Shown here: piece after piece, positions 36,294-45,676 of the stretch
Position numbering within the stretch: position 1 is the first letter of the stretch
Layout of the letters: the number at the start of each line of letters is the position of its first letter
Source: Minisyncoccota bacterium
Lineage (GTDB): Bacteria; Patescibacteriota; Minisyncoccia; Phycocordibacterales; UBA6065
Direction of reading: 5' to 3'
Assembly (NCBI GenBank): GCA_036400935.1
Contig: DASWWW010000001.1
Location: forward strand, 46,096 to 110,095
Length of the DNA stretch: 64,000 nucleotides
The notes under the pieces: generated by a model
The model's input: only the letters and a program-made list of their open reading frames with translations
Told to the model about the DNA's origin: nothing
The model's database searches: none
Position numbers and translations under genes: made by a program

Positions 36294-37466
36294 ATGAGGA
36301 ATATCGTTATCGCAATCGCGATCGTCGCAGCATTCATTGCCGGCGAGATCGTCTATTTGAAATCAGGCCCTTCATATGGAGGCTTGGACAAGCTCGCGAG
36401 CAAGATAATCTCCGACTGCGCCGATGCGCCATACAAGCCTACTTGTTACGAAGAGGAGATACCGAGGCTTATGAATAGGATTTCCATGGAGGACGCATTC
36501 AAAGTAACCCGTTTCGTCCAAAGCATGGATAGGACATATCAGTATTGCCATGTCTTGGGGCACAAGATCGCCGCAGCCGAGACGGCGACGGATCCTGCAC
36601 GCTGGCAGACCGTCATACAGCGCTGTCCGTCGGGCGTCTGCTCAAACGGCTGCATTCACGGAGCGTTTCAGGAACGCTTTAGGAAAGAATCGCTCACCGA
36701 CGATGAGATCTTAAAGCTCAAGCCGCAGCTCTCTTCTGTCTGTGAGAAGAAATCGGGCTTCAATCCGACCGGCCTCGAGCAGGGAAGCTGCTATCACGCT
36801 CTCGGACACCTTTTGATGTATATCACCGAGGCGGATGTACCAAAATCGCTCGCGCTGTGCAATGAGTTCAGCAAGAAGCCGACCCACGATTACTCGCACG
36901 TCTGCTATGACGGGGTATTCATGCAGATTTATCAGCCGCTCGAGCCAGACGACTTCAGCCTGATCGAGGGGAAGGAGGTTTCGCGCGAGGAAGTTTCCGC
37001 GTTCTGCGGCGCTTTCACGGGCGAGGAGGCCGGCTCGTGCTATTCGGAATCGTGGCCGCTCTTCTATGAGGATTTGCGAAAGCCTACCAATCTCCTGAAA
37101 TTCTGCGCAAAACCGGAGGGCGAAAAGGAGCAGCGAAGATGCTTCGACACTTTGATGTACGTCATGGCCGCTCAGTTTGCCTTCAATAATGAAAAAATAT
37201 TCGCGTACTGCGAGGCAATGCCTACCGATTTCCACAAGGCAACCTGCATGGCCCAGGCTGCCAACCGCATGATCGAAACCGACTACTCCAACGGCGAATT
37301 GGCAACAGCCGTCTGCGAGAGGGCGGAGGCGTATGACAAGGATCACATCTGCTTCAATGACCTGTTGAAGTATTCGACGTTCAATTTCCATAAGGGGTCT
37401 GAGCCCTGGAAAGCTTTTTGTAACGCTATGCCGGAGCCGTGGATGGCGCGATGTTTGAGCCGCTAG
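36294..37466 (+). CDS. Cys/His-rich extracytoplasmic protein, paralog 3
   Basis: N-terminal TM; CHVLGHKI, CSNGCIHG, CYHALGH, CYDGVFMQ. Confidence 0.8.
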   Translation: MRNIVIAIAIVAAFIAGEIVYLKSGPSYGGLDKLASKIISDCADAPYKPTCYEEEIPRLMNRISMEDAFKVTRFVQSMDRTYQYCHVLGHKIAAAETATDPARWQTVIQRCPSGVCSNGCIHGAFQERFRKESLTDDEILKLKPQLSSVCEKKSGFNPTGLEQGSCYHALGHLLMYITEADVPKSLALCNEFSKKPTHDYSHVCYDGVFMQIYQPLEPDDFSLIEGKEVSREEVSAFCGAFTGEEAGSCYSESWPLFYEDLRKPTNLLKFCAKPEGEKEQRRCFDTLMYVMAAQFAFNNEKIFAYCEAMPTDFHKATCMAQAANRMIETDYSNGELATAVCERAEAYDKDHICFNDLLKYSTFNFHKGSEPWKAFCNAMPEPWMARCLSR

Positions 37467-37489
37467 CGTTAGCTAGTATAATTCGGTAG

Positions 37490-37984
37490 ATGAAAAAGAT
37501 ACTCTTTGTGCTGCTGGTCGCAGCTGTTCCTGTATTCGCATCGGCTCATTATGGCATCGCCTCGCTCGAGAAGACGGTGGGGGAATATTTTTTTGACATC
37601 GGCTATAGCGCCGAATTCATTGCCGGCGACTTGATCAGGTTCGACCTCGCGGTCCTGGACGAGACTACGCGCGAAATCCTTCCGTTCTCGAATGTTTGGG
37701 TACGCATCAAGGAGGGTGACAGGCTCCTCTTTGCCGGCCCAATAGATTATGGCGAGTTTGGCAGGCCGGGATTCAGCTTCGTATTTCCTCGCGAGGGCGA
37801 GTACACGCTCTCGACCCGGTTCGAGACGCCGTCGCAGCAAATCCCGGAGCAGGATTTCTCTATAGCGGTTGTCCGCTCGCCGGAGGAATCGCGCTACGCC
37901 GAATGGCTCATACGCATCGCGGCGCTTGCGGCCGGCGCGGGCGTCGGAATCGCTTCGGTCCTAATTTTTAAGAAACATGCATAA
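37490..37984 (+). CDS. exported protein with predicted mature N-terminal His and C-terminal TM anchor
   Basis: Signal peptide ending ASA-H; FPREGEY beta-sandwich; C-terminal TM. Confidence 0.7.
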   Translation: MKKILFVLLVAAVPVFASAHYGIASLEKTVGEYFFDIGYSAEFIAGDLIRFDLAVLDETTREILPFSNVWVRIKEGDRLLFAGPIDYGEFGRPGFSFVFPREGEYTLSTRFETPSQQIPEQDFSIAVVRSPEESRYAEWLIRIAALAAGAGVGIASVLIFKKHA

Positions 37985-38366
37985 GAAAACAATAATCATA
38001 TCGGCGGTCGTCGTGCTCGCGCTTGCTGCAATTGCGGCTCTTGTCTTTTCGAAAGGCGGTGACAAGGCGCCTGCTGCCGATATCGTGCCTACGGTCACTA
38101 TTTCCATGACAAAGGATGGCTTTTCGCCCAATACTTCATCCATAAAGCTCGGCGAGGCGGTCATGTTCCGAAACGATACGGCTTCTGATTTCTTTTGGCC
38201 GGCATCCGACCTTCATCCGACGCACGAACTCTATCCGGAATTCGATCCGCGCATGCCGATCGAGCCGGGCGGGAGCTGGACGTTCGTGTTCGAGCGAGTG
38301 GGCAACTGGAGCTATCATGATCATCTCTATGCTCGAAAGAAGGGGTTGATTACTGTAACCCAATAG
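37977..38366 (+). CDS. cupredoxin/plastocyanin-like protein
   Basis: GFSPNTSSIKLGEAVMFRN, WPASDLHPTH, GNWSYHDH. Confidence 0.8.
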   Translation: MHKKTIIISAVVVLALAAIAALVFSKGGDKAPAADIVPTVTISMTKDGFSPNTSSIKLGEAVMFRNDTASDFFWPASDLHPTHELYPEFDPRMPIEPGGSWTFVFERVGNWSYHDHLYARKKGLITVTQ

Positions 38367-38415
38367 CGCGAAAAAACCGCCGCCGGCGGTTTTTTCGCGC
38401 ATTCAGTTGCGCTGA

Positions 38416-39129
38416 TTATTTCTTTCCTAGGGCTGTATCGAACTTATCTTCGAGCGTCGCTGTGGTAGCTGCGCCCTTGATTGCCGTTGGGCCGTCTTTG
38501 GTAATGAGGACACTGTACGGCGTGCCCGATGCTCCCGCGACCGCGCCTTCCTTGATCGAGGCGTCGATTTTTGCCTTGTACTTGCCGCTCGTAAGGCATG
38601 AGTTGAATTTTGTCACATCGAGACCGACGTGCGCCGCGATCTTTGGGAGCTCTGCCGGATCAAGCTTGTTGTTGGTAGGAGAAATCTCGAATACGCGGTC
38701 TACGTATGCCCAGAATTTCGCGTTTCCGCCCTGCTCGGCTGCGCATTCTGCCGCTTCTGCTTCCTTGAATGCCTTATCGTGGAACGGGAGGGGGAACGGA
38801 CGATACACTACCGCTACGTCATCAGGGCTATATTTTGCGATAGCTGTTTTGATATTGCCGTGATACTGCTTGCAAAATGGACATTCGAGGTCCGTATAGA
38901 CAATAAGCTTTACCTTTGCGGCTGGATTTCCGAGAACATGATCCGCGCTCGTCACCGGGGCGATCTTGATGCCGGTATTTGCCACGGCGGCAGGGTTCGC
39001 CGAAGCGGTTGCGACGCCTCCGCCGCTAATTTCCCGCGCGCCCATGTAAATGCTCGCTCCGATAAGCGCTCCCGCGATAATGACCGATACGGGCAGCGTC
39101 AACCACTCCTGATTATTTATATGCGTCAT
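38416..39129 (-). CDS. DsbA-family thiol-disulfide oxidoreductase
   Basis: YTDLECPFCK, FPLPFH and GTPY motifs. Confidence 0.93.
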   Translation of the reverse strand: MTHINNQEWLTLPVSVIIAGALIGASIYMGAREISGGGVATASANPAAVANTGIKIAPVTSADHVLGNPAAKVKLIVYTDLECPFCKQYHGNIKTAIAKYSPDDVAVVYRPFPLPFHDKAFKEAEAAECAAEQGGNAKFWAYVDRVFEISPTNNKLDPAELPKIAAHVGLDVTKFNSCLTSGKYKAKIDASIKEGAVAGASGTPYSVLITKDGPTAIKGAATTATLEDKFDTALGKK

Positions 39130-39173
39130 GCTTTAAATGGGATATACTTAAAGCACGATTATATCACGCTCCT

Positions 39174-40910
39174 ATGCACATCGAAGAACAACAGCTCAAG
39201 GCTTTCATAAACGATTCGGGTCTCGTATCGCGCGGCGACGTCGCAGACGCGGAGAGGGAAGCCAAGGAGAAAAGGCTGAGCCTCGGCGAGATTCTCGTCA
39301 ATCGGGGAAAGCTTTCTGAAGACGACCTTCGCAAGATGAAGGCGTACATTCTCGGCATTCCGTATATCGATCTCAAGGGCCACAAGATAGACTTCTCCGT
39401 GCTCTCTCTCGTGCCTGAGCCGATCGTCCGCAGCCACAACGTCGTGGCGTTCAAGAGGGGCGAGGGTACCCTGGAGGTCGCGATGCTCAATACTGGCGAC
39501 TTGGCCGTTATTGATTTCATCCAGAAGAAGGTCGGCGTAAAGATATTGCCTCGCCTGACCGACTCCGACTCGATCAAGTCGGCTCTCGTCCAGTATCAGA
39601 AGGGGCTCAAGTCCGAATTCGGCGACCTTATCAGGCAGGAGACGGCCTCGATCAAGCAGATTTCCGGCGATCTCAAGAAAATTACCGAGGATCTTTCCGT
39701 CATTCGCATCGTCGACACCCTCCTGAAGCACGCCATTATCCAGGGCGCGTCCGATATTCATCTGGAGCCTCTCGAGAAGGAGCTTCTGGTGCGCTATCGC
39801 ATCGACGGTCGCCTGCACGACGCCATGGTTCTCCCAAAGGATGCTGAGAATGCAGTCATCGCACGCATAAAGATGCTCTCGAGCCTCAAGCTCGACGAGA
39901 AACGCCTGCCGCAGGACGGCCGTTTCAAGATCGAGATGAACGGCGAGAAGATCTCGCTGCGCGTTTCCGTGCTGCCCATGTTCTATGGCGAGAAAATCGT
40001 CATGCGCCTTCTCCGCGAGAGCGTTTCCGGCTTTACCCTCGAGCATTTGGGCTTTCACGGCGAGGCTCTCGAGCGCATCCATGCCGCGACAAAGCTTTCT
40101 GCCGGCATGATCCTCGCTACCGGCCCCGCTGGCTCCGGAAAATCGACGGCCCTCTACACTCTGCTCGATATTTTGAATACTCCCGACGTAAACATCTCCA
40201 CAGTCGAGGATCCTGTTGAATATCAGATGGCCCGCGTCAATCAGATGCAGGTCAGGCCGGATATCGGGTTCACGTTCGCTTCCGGATTGCGCAGCATCGT
40301 CCGTCAGGACCCCGATATCATCATGGTGGGGGAGATCCGCGACAATGAGACCGCGTCGCTCGCGACCAATGCGGCCCTTGCCGGGCGCCTCGTGCTCTCG
40401 ACGCTTCCTGCCAAATCGGCGTCGAGCGCCATCTCGCGAATGATCGAGATGAAGACCGAACCATTCCTCCTTGCGTCTACCGTCTCAGTCGTTATCGGAC
40501 AGAGGCTCGTCCGCAGGCTCTCTGACGCGTCAAAGGACCGCAGGGCGCTCACAAAGGGGGAATTGGCCGCATTGTCCAAGGTCATAGATTTGGATCGCAT
40601 GCTGGGCTTTTTAAAGGCAGAGAAGGTTATCGGCCCGAAAGACGGATGGGACAAGGTCATGTTTGGCGCCCCTGTAGTTACAAAGGATTCGGATGGCTAC
40701 AAGGGACGCATCGGCATACACGAAGTGCTCAAGATGACTCCGACGCTCAAGGAACTGGTGCTTAAGGGATCGACAGCTGCTGCTATTGAGGCTCAGGCAA
40801 AGAAGGAGGGAATGATGACGCTTCTGGAAGACGGAATATTCGTAGCGGCGCAGGGATTGACCGCAATCGAGGAAGTCCTGCGGGTCGTTTCAGAAGAGAA
40901 GGCAAAATAA
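39174..40910 (+). CDS. PilB/GspE-family type IV pilus assembly ATPase (His box degenerate)
   Basis: ASDIHLEP, RLPQDGR, GPAGSGKST, TVEDPVEY, RQDPDIIMVGEIRD and GYKGRIGIHE motifs. Confidence 0.92.
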   Translation: MHIEEQQLKAFINDSGLVSRGDVADAEREAKEKRLSLGEILVNRGKLSEDDLRKMKAYILGIPYIDLKGHKIDFSVLSLVPEPIVRSHNVVAFKRGEGTLEVAMLNTGDLAVIDFIQKKVGVKILPRLTDSDSIKSALVQYQKGLKSEFGDLIRQETASIKQISGDLKKITEDLSVIRIVDTLLKHAIIQGASDIHLEPLEKELLVRYRIDGRLHDAMVLPKDAENAVIARIKMLSSLKLDEKRLPQDGRFKIEMNGEKISLRVSVLPMFYGEKIVMRLLRESVSGFTLEHLGFHGEALERIHAATKLSAGMILATGPAGSGKSTALYTLLDILNTPDVNISTVEDPVEYQMARVNQMQVRPDIGFTFASGLRSIVRQDPDIIMVGEIRDNETASLATNAALAGRLVLSTLPAKSASSAISRMIEMKTEPFLLASTVSVVIGQRLVRRLSDASKDRRALTKGELAALSKVIDLDRMLGFLKAEKVIGPKDGWDKVMFGAPVVTKDSDGYKGRIGIHEVLKMTPTLKELVLKGSTAAAIEAQAKKEGMMTLLEDGIFVAAQGLTAIEEVLRVVSEEKAK

Positions 40911-40967
40911 TCAATTTTTAGACAAGAAAAAACCGGACATCGTCCGGTTTTTTCTTGCTACAGGATA

Positions 40968-41753
40968 TTACTTAATTGAGTAAGTAATCGTTACGTTAGA
41001 GACGATCTTGCTTTCGCCTGCTGGAAGCTCAGGAGCCATTGCCGCGCCTCCGTTGGCTACCGATGCAGATATCATAGCGTCCTTCGCGTAGTACATAGGC
41101 TGGTAAGGGCTTGATTCGTAGAAGCTTGTGATAGAGCCGAGTCGTACGCCGAGTGCGTTAGCGAGCTTCTTGGCCTGATCTCGAGCGTCGGTAATCGCCT
41201 TGTCTCGGGCGTCTCGCATGAGGTCTTCCTGCTTGTCTACTGAGAACGAAAGGCCGGAGATGTTGTCTGCGCCGTACTCGCCGATGCTTGTAAGGAGGGT
41301 GCCTGCTGTCTCAAGCTTTCGGACCTTGACCTCGACTGTCTGCGACACTACGTAGCCAGCGAGAATCTGCTTGCCGGGGACGTAGATCGATGAGCTCTGG
41401 TAGTCGTAGCGAGGGTAGATGTTGTACGAAGTCGTCTTGATATCCTTGTCCTCGATGCCTGCTGCCTTGATCTGGGCGAGGATAGCGTTGGACTTGTCGG
41501 TCGCCTTCTTCTGGGCGTCGCTTACGACGAGCGCCTCTTCGCTGACGGTGTAGCTAAAAGTGGCGATATCTGGGGTGGCGAGAACCTCGCCCTTTCCTGA
41601 GACGGTGATCATGTTCTGCATGTTCTCAGGGGCGCCGACGTACGAGATTTCCTTTGACTCTCGAACGATCCTGACCGCTACGAGAGCGATGAGGAGGATT
41701 GCGAGCACTATGGCCGCGTTCTTGAATCGTGGATTGGTGGTAAGAGTTTCCAT
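40968..41753 (-). CDS. SIMPL (DUF541) domain protein
   Basis: ITVSGKGEVLATPDIA, YNIYPRYDY, AKKLANALGVRLG. Confidence 0.93.
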   Translation of the reverse strand: METLTTNPRFKNAAIVLAILLIALVAVRIVRESKEISYVGAPENMQNMITVSGKGEVLATPDIATFSYTVSEEALVVSDAQKKATDKSNAILAQIKAAGIEDKDIKTTSYNIYPRYDYQSSSIYVPGKQILAGYVVSQTVEVKVRKLETAGTLLTSIGEYGADNISGLSFSVDKQEDLMRDARDKAITDARDQAKKLANALGVRLGSITSFYESSPYQPMYYAKDAMISASVANGGAAMAPELPAGESKIVSNVTITYSIK

Positions 41754-41780
41754 TGTGTGTTTATGAGTTGCTAATGGGGC

Positions 41781-42644
41781 CTATTTCGCGGCACTTCTCT
41801 CTGCCGAGACTATAAGGTTATCAAATAATGATAGAACAGTCATTGGGCCGACTCCTCCAGGCACGGGACTTATGGCTTTGACAAGAGGGGAGACGGCCGC
41901 GAAGTTCACGTCGCCCGCAATAGCTTTGCCCGTAGAGCTTTTTCGGCCTTCAGGAAGCGTGCTTATGCCCACGTCTATGATGACGCTGCCGGCTTTCACG
42001 TATGACGCGTCGATGAGTTCCGGCTTGCCGATGGCGGCGACGACGATGTCGGCCTGGGTCGAGACGGCGCGCGGGTCGGCTGTCTGGCTGTTGCACACCG
42101 AAACGCTTGCCCCGCGCGCCGACAAGAGGCTCGCTATCGGCCCGCCGACAAGGCGCGATCTGCCGAATACGACGGCTTTCTTTCCCTTGATCTCGATTCC
42201 GTAAAAATCGAGGAGGCTCATCACTCCCTTTGCCGTCGCGGGTACGAGGTTCGGCGTGCCTGCCTCGAGGAGCCTCTGATTCGCGTCCGTCAGTCCGTCA
42301 ACGTCCTTTGCGGGATCGATCATCTCGATCAGGCTGTGCTTGTCGAAGCCCGCAGGAAGGGGGAGCTGGATGATGATGCCATGTATGTCGGCTCGCGCAT
42401 TGAGGGATCGGATTGCCATCTCGACATCGGAAATCTTCGCTTCCGACTTGAACTGAATATGCTCTACGCGAGCGTCGATCGTCCGGGCAAAGCGCTTCTT
42501 CTGCTCGATATAGATCGCCGATTCCTTGTTGTCGCCTATCTGGATCAGGGCGAGCGTCGGCCGCGCAAAAAGGCGCTTTGAGCGCTCAATCAGGCCTTTC
42601 GTATAGCTGTCACGGGCAATTTTCCCGTCGAGAATGTCTGCCAT
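41781..42644 (-). CDS. folD: bifunctional methylenetetrahydrofolate dehydrogenase/cyclohydrolase
   Basis: GIIIQLPLP, KDVDGL, GRSRLVGGP and SPVPGGVGPMTV motifs. Confidence 0.96.
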   Translation of the reverse strand: MADILDGKIARDSYTKGLIERSKRLFARPTLALIQIGDNKESAIYIEQKKRFARTIDARVEHIQFKSEAKISDVEMAIRSLNARADIHGIIIQLPLPAGFDKHSLIEMIDPAKDVDGLTDANQRLLEAGTPNLVPATAKGVMSLLDFYGIEIKGKKAVVFGRSRLVGGPIASLLSARGASVSVCNSQTADPRAVSTQADIVVAAIGKPELIDASYVKAGSVIIDVGISTLPEGRKSSTGKAIAGDVNFAAVSPLVKAISPVPGGVGPMTVLSLFDNLIVSAERSAAK

Positions 42645-42659
42645 GCAGAGACTATAGCA

Positions 42660-43214
42660 TTAGAACGCCCTCGCGACGAATCCGATCGCGACGATGCCGA
42701 TAAAGTTGAATGTGTACGAGATGGCTGCGAATTTCACAGTCGACATCTTCGAGAGGCCCATGAGGGTGAGGCCGAGCTCGTCGGGAAGGGGCGAGGCGAT
42801 GATTATCGCGCCGACGATCGCCATGGACCATCGCATGAAGCGGTGATGAAACACGTGTTTCATACGCTTTGACTTCGCTTGCGACAAAAGGTAGGTAATG
42901 TCTTCCGAGATGTGGCCCCTGATGAATGAGAATATGACGTAATCTCCGATCAGCGCTCCAAGGGCGCCGAAGACAGCGACAGTGATTGGGGGATAGATTG
43001 CGCAGAGGCTGCCGAGGGCGACCATTGCAGGAGCGGTGGTGAATACCGATGTAAAGAAGAGTCCCGCCACGAATGCGCTCAGCATGTAGAGGCTCGCATT
43101 TGCCGTAACGATGCTTTGTACGAGATTGCTTTGGACCAGAAATCCGGCGGCAAAAATGCTTACGGCTATTATTCCGAGATCTATAAGTATCCTTTTGCGT
43201 CGCGCTCGATCCAT
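42660..43214 (-). CDS. multi-pass membrane protein (VTT/DedA-like)
   Basis: GLFFTSVFTTAPA, GALIGD, IIASPLPDELG. Confidence 0.8.
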   Translation of the reverse strand: MDRARRKRILIDLGIIAVSIFAAGFLVQSNLVQSIVTANASLYMLSAFVAGLFFTSVFTTAPAMVALGSLCAIYPPITVAVFGALGALIGDYVIFSFIRGHISEDITYLLSQAKSKRMKHVFHHRFMRWSMAIVGAIIIASPLPDELGLTLMGLSKMSTVKFAAISYTFNFIGIVAIGFVARAF

Positions 43215-43282
43215 ATATGGGCTCTATTGTAGCAGAAATAAAAAAGCCGGCCCGTGAGGGCCGGCTTTCGATAGAGGAGAGA

Positions 43283-43939
43283 CTAGAGAGTGATCTCCTT
43301 TGCTGAGTTGAAGATACCGTCTTCAACAACGAGGATCTTTGTGTGAGCCTCAGTTGGCTTTGAAGCGAGAGCTTCGCCCTTTGCGTGTCCGAGGTATGAG
43401 ACAGAGACTACGACGCTCTGTGCTCCCTTTGCGTCAGCTACGACGTCCGCTCGGACTCCGTTGATGACGACTCGGTCGCCGATGAGCGAGTATGACTTGT
43501 CAGTGAGAGTACCGTTCTTGTCCTCGAAGAGAACGACATACTTGTATGTGCCGCTGCCGCCTGAGTTAACAGAAAGGGTAGCGATAACGTACTTGTTTCC
43601 GCCGACAGATGTCTCTACGGCTACGTCGCCGAGAGTGATGGTTCCGCTGACATCGCCGTCAGAGAACTTTGCTGTTCCGTTAGCCAATGCTACGCGAGTA
43701 CCTGTTTCTGCAGCCGCTACAGAAGCGACCTTGAGTCGTCCGAGAAGGGTAGTGTTCGTAGAATCCTTGGTAACTGGAGCGAAATCGTCCTTCGTAGAGC
43801 CAGTGTTAGAAGTGCTGCCCGTAGTCGTCGAATTCGAGTTGTTGTTTACCGACGTGCTTGAAGTGCCGCCCCAGATAACGTAGGCGACGATTGCCAAGAT
43901 GACGATAATGACCAAACCGAGAATACCTTTCTTATTCAT
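43283..43939 (-). CDS. membrane-anchored hypothetical protein
   Basis: N-terminal TM, Ser/Thr linker, NSGGSGTYKY...IGDRV. Confidence 0.8.
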   Translation of the reverse strand: MNKKGILGLVIIVILAIVAYVIWGGTSSTSVNNNSNSTTTGSTSNTGSTKDDFAPVTKDSTNTTLLGRLKVASVAAAETGTRVALANGTAKFSDGDVSGTITLGDVAVETSVGGNKYVIATLSVNSGGSGTYKYVVLFEDKNGTLTDKSYSLIGDRVVINGVRADVVADAKGAQSVVVSVSYLGHAKGEALASKPTEAHTKILVVEDGIFNSAKEITL

Positions 43940-43995
43940 ATATGAATTTAGCTATTTATACAGTATAAAGCCGATAACCCGTCGATTATATCACG

Positions 43996-45075
43996 CTATT
44001 TAATGTTAGTCTCGAGCTTTTCGGTACCGTTCGATGTCTTGATATCGAATGTCAAACGGCCTATAAGCTGGCCTCGTGGCGTGGCTACGTCCACCCGCCA
44101 CCTGCCCGGGAAGATGTTCTCTCGGGACGAGTAGGTCCTGAATCCTCCGTCGCGGCCTCCGACGATGCCGAGCTTTACGGTATCGGCGACAGTCCAGGCC
44201 CTGTCAGTGTCGTCGTAGTACTGCCATGTGTGCACGATATCGGTCTTGAGGTTAGTCGGCGCGAATACGGAGCTCAAAAGGTAGAGCGGCTCTCCCGGAA
44301 CGATATGAAGCACCGGATCGTCAGAAATGAGGCTGAACCATTCCTGCTCCTCGCCTTGTACGAGGTATGTGCCGTCAGGCAGGCGCGAGAGCGATCGGTA
44401 TATGCCGGCCTCCTTGAGGGCGAGAGGGATCGGCGGGATAAGGTTGGTGAAATAGAGGATGTTGATGCCTCCGAAAAGCAGAACCACCGCCGTAACCATT
44501 ATTTTTGCGCCGTCTTTTACCCTCTGAGGCGCGAACCATGATAGGACATATATGAATATGCCCGTGATCATGAGGCTCGCGATGCCGGCGAGGAGGAAGA
44601 TCGAGTCTCCCATTTGGCCGAGGATGATAGGGAGGAAGAAGATGAGGTATGAGAAGAGCGCGGTAAAGAATACCGATATCTGGAAGCCGAGGAGGACGTA
44701 GTGCTTTCGGAAAAGCTCGTTGCCGATAACGTAGGCGAAGATCATGAGGAGGAACGGCCAGCTCGCGATGACCGCGCCCGATTTCGAATAGAAGAGGAAT
44801 GACGCGCTGAAGAGGCCTCCGAGGCAGAACTGCATGAGGAAGATGAGCGTTATATGGAAGGTCTCGGATCGTCGCGCCTCCTCGCGCGTCTGATGCACGT
44901 TGAGGAGGAGGATCGAGAGGGCCGAGACGGAAAGGTAGCCGATGAGGAGGGCGTTCGAGAAGAGGACGTCGATGCGGCGGAGCATGATCGAGTCAAAGAT
45001 AAAGCCGGTTACCAGGGTTACGGGCGACACATAGCGTTCGTATTTTCTGAAAAACTGACGGCCTTTCTCTATCAT
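43996..45075 (-). CDS. DUF2914-domain membrane protein
   Basis: TM region; SVFAPT...IVHTW...GGRDGGFRTYS...PGRWRVDV. Confidence 0.85.
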   Translation of the reverse strand: MIEKGRQFFRKYERYVSPVTLVTGFIFDSIMLRRIDVLFSNALLIGYLSVSALSILLLNVHQTREEARRSETFHITLIFLMQFCLGGLFSASFLFYSKSGAVIASWPFLLMIFAYVIGNELFRKHYVLLGFQISVFFTALFSYLIFFLPIILGQMGDSIFLLAGIASLMITGIFIYVLSWFAPQRVKDGAKIMVTAVVLLFGGINILYFTNLIPPIPLALKEAGIYRSLSRLPDGTYLVQGEEQEWFSLISDDPVLHIVPGEPLYLLSSVFAPTNLKTDIVHTWQYYDDTDRAWTVADTVKLGIVGGRDGGFRTYSSRENIFPGRWRVDVATPRGQLIGRLTFDIKTSNGTEKLETNIK

Positions 45076-45142
45076 GGCTATCATTATGACACAGACACCC
45101 CCTTATACGAAAAATTCCGGACAATTCCGGAATTTTTCTCTG

Positions 45143-45646
45143 CTACTGCTTTGTCGTCGTGGCTGTCGAGGTCGCCGTCTCCGTCGGCTGGAGGAGAGGG
45201 GATACCGTTCCGGCTGGGCATCCGTAGAGCTCGTTGAGCTTGTCGATCGTGCTGTTCTCGACGATGCCGGTGAGGCCGAGCTTGTGCTTCTTCTGGAACT
45301 CCTTGAGGGCCGATGCCGTCGAAGGCCCATAGAATGCGGCGTAGTAGATCTTGCCTCCGGTAGATTCGAGAGGGTCGATATAGAATCCTTCGCGAGCAAG
45401 GGCGGTCTGGAGCGCGGGCACTTCAGGGATGTAATATGTCATGCCGTTGAGCGCCTGATAGCCGGTGTTCGAAGGGTTCGCAATAGTTCGGTCTCCGAAT
45501 ACGGTGTCATGGGCGAAGGTAAAGCAGAAAGGCGCCTCGCTGTGCTTCTGATACCAGAATACGCCGCCTGCAATCGCGATAATGGCGACTGCCAAGACAA
45601 TGACGATGGCGGCCTTGCTGGTCTTTGGTGTGGTTGTTGGTTCCAT
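45143..45646 (-). CDS. peptidoglycan-binding domain protein
   Basis: VPALQTAL...FYGPSTASALKEFQKKH...TGIV. Confidence 0.85.
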   Translation of the reverse strand: MEPTTTPKTSKAAIVIVLAVAIIAIAGGVFWYQKHSEAPFCFTFAHDTVFGDRTIANPSNTGYQALNGMTYYIPEVPALQTALAREGFYIDPLESTGGKIYYAAFYGPSTASALKEFQKKHKLGLTGIVENSTIDKLNELYGCPAGTVSPLLQPTETATSTATTTKQ

Positions 45647-45676
45647 ATGTTTGTGAGGCTTAGATTAGCAGAGATG

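Noticed and set aside
34067-37466. Multiheme cytochromes
   Set aside because: Motifs are CxH or CxxxCH; canonical CxxCH is absent
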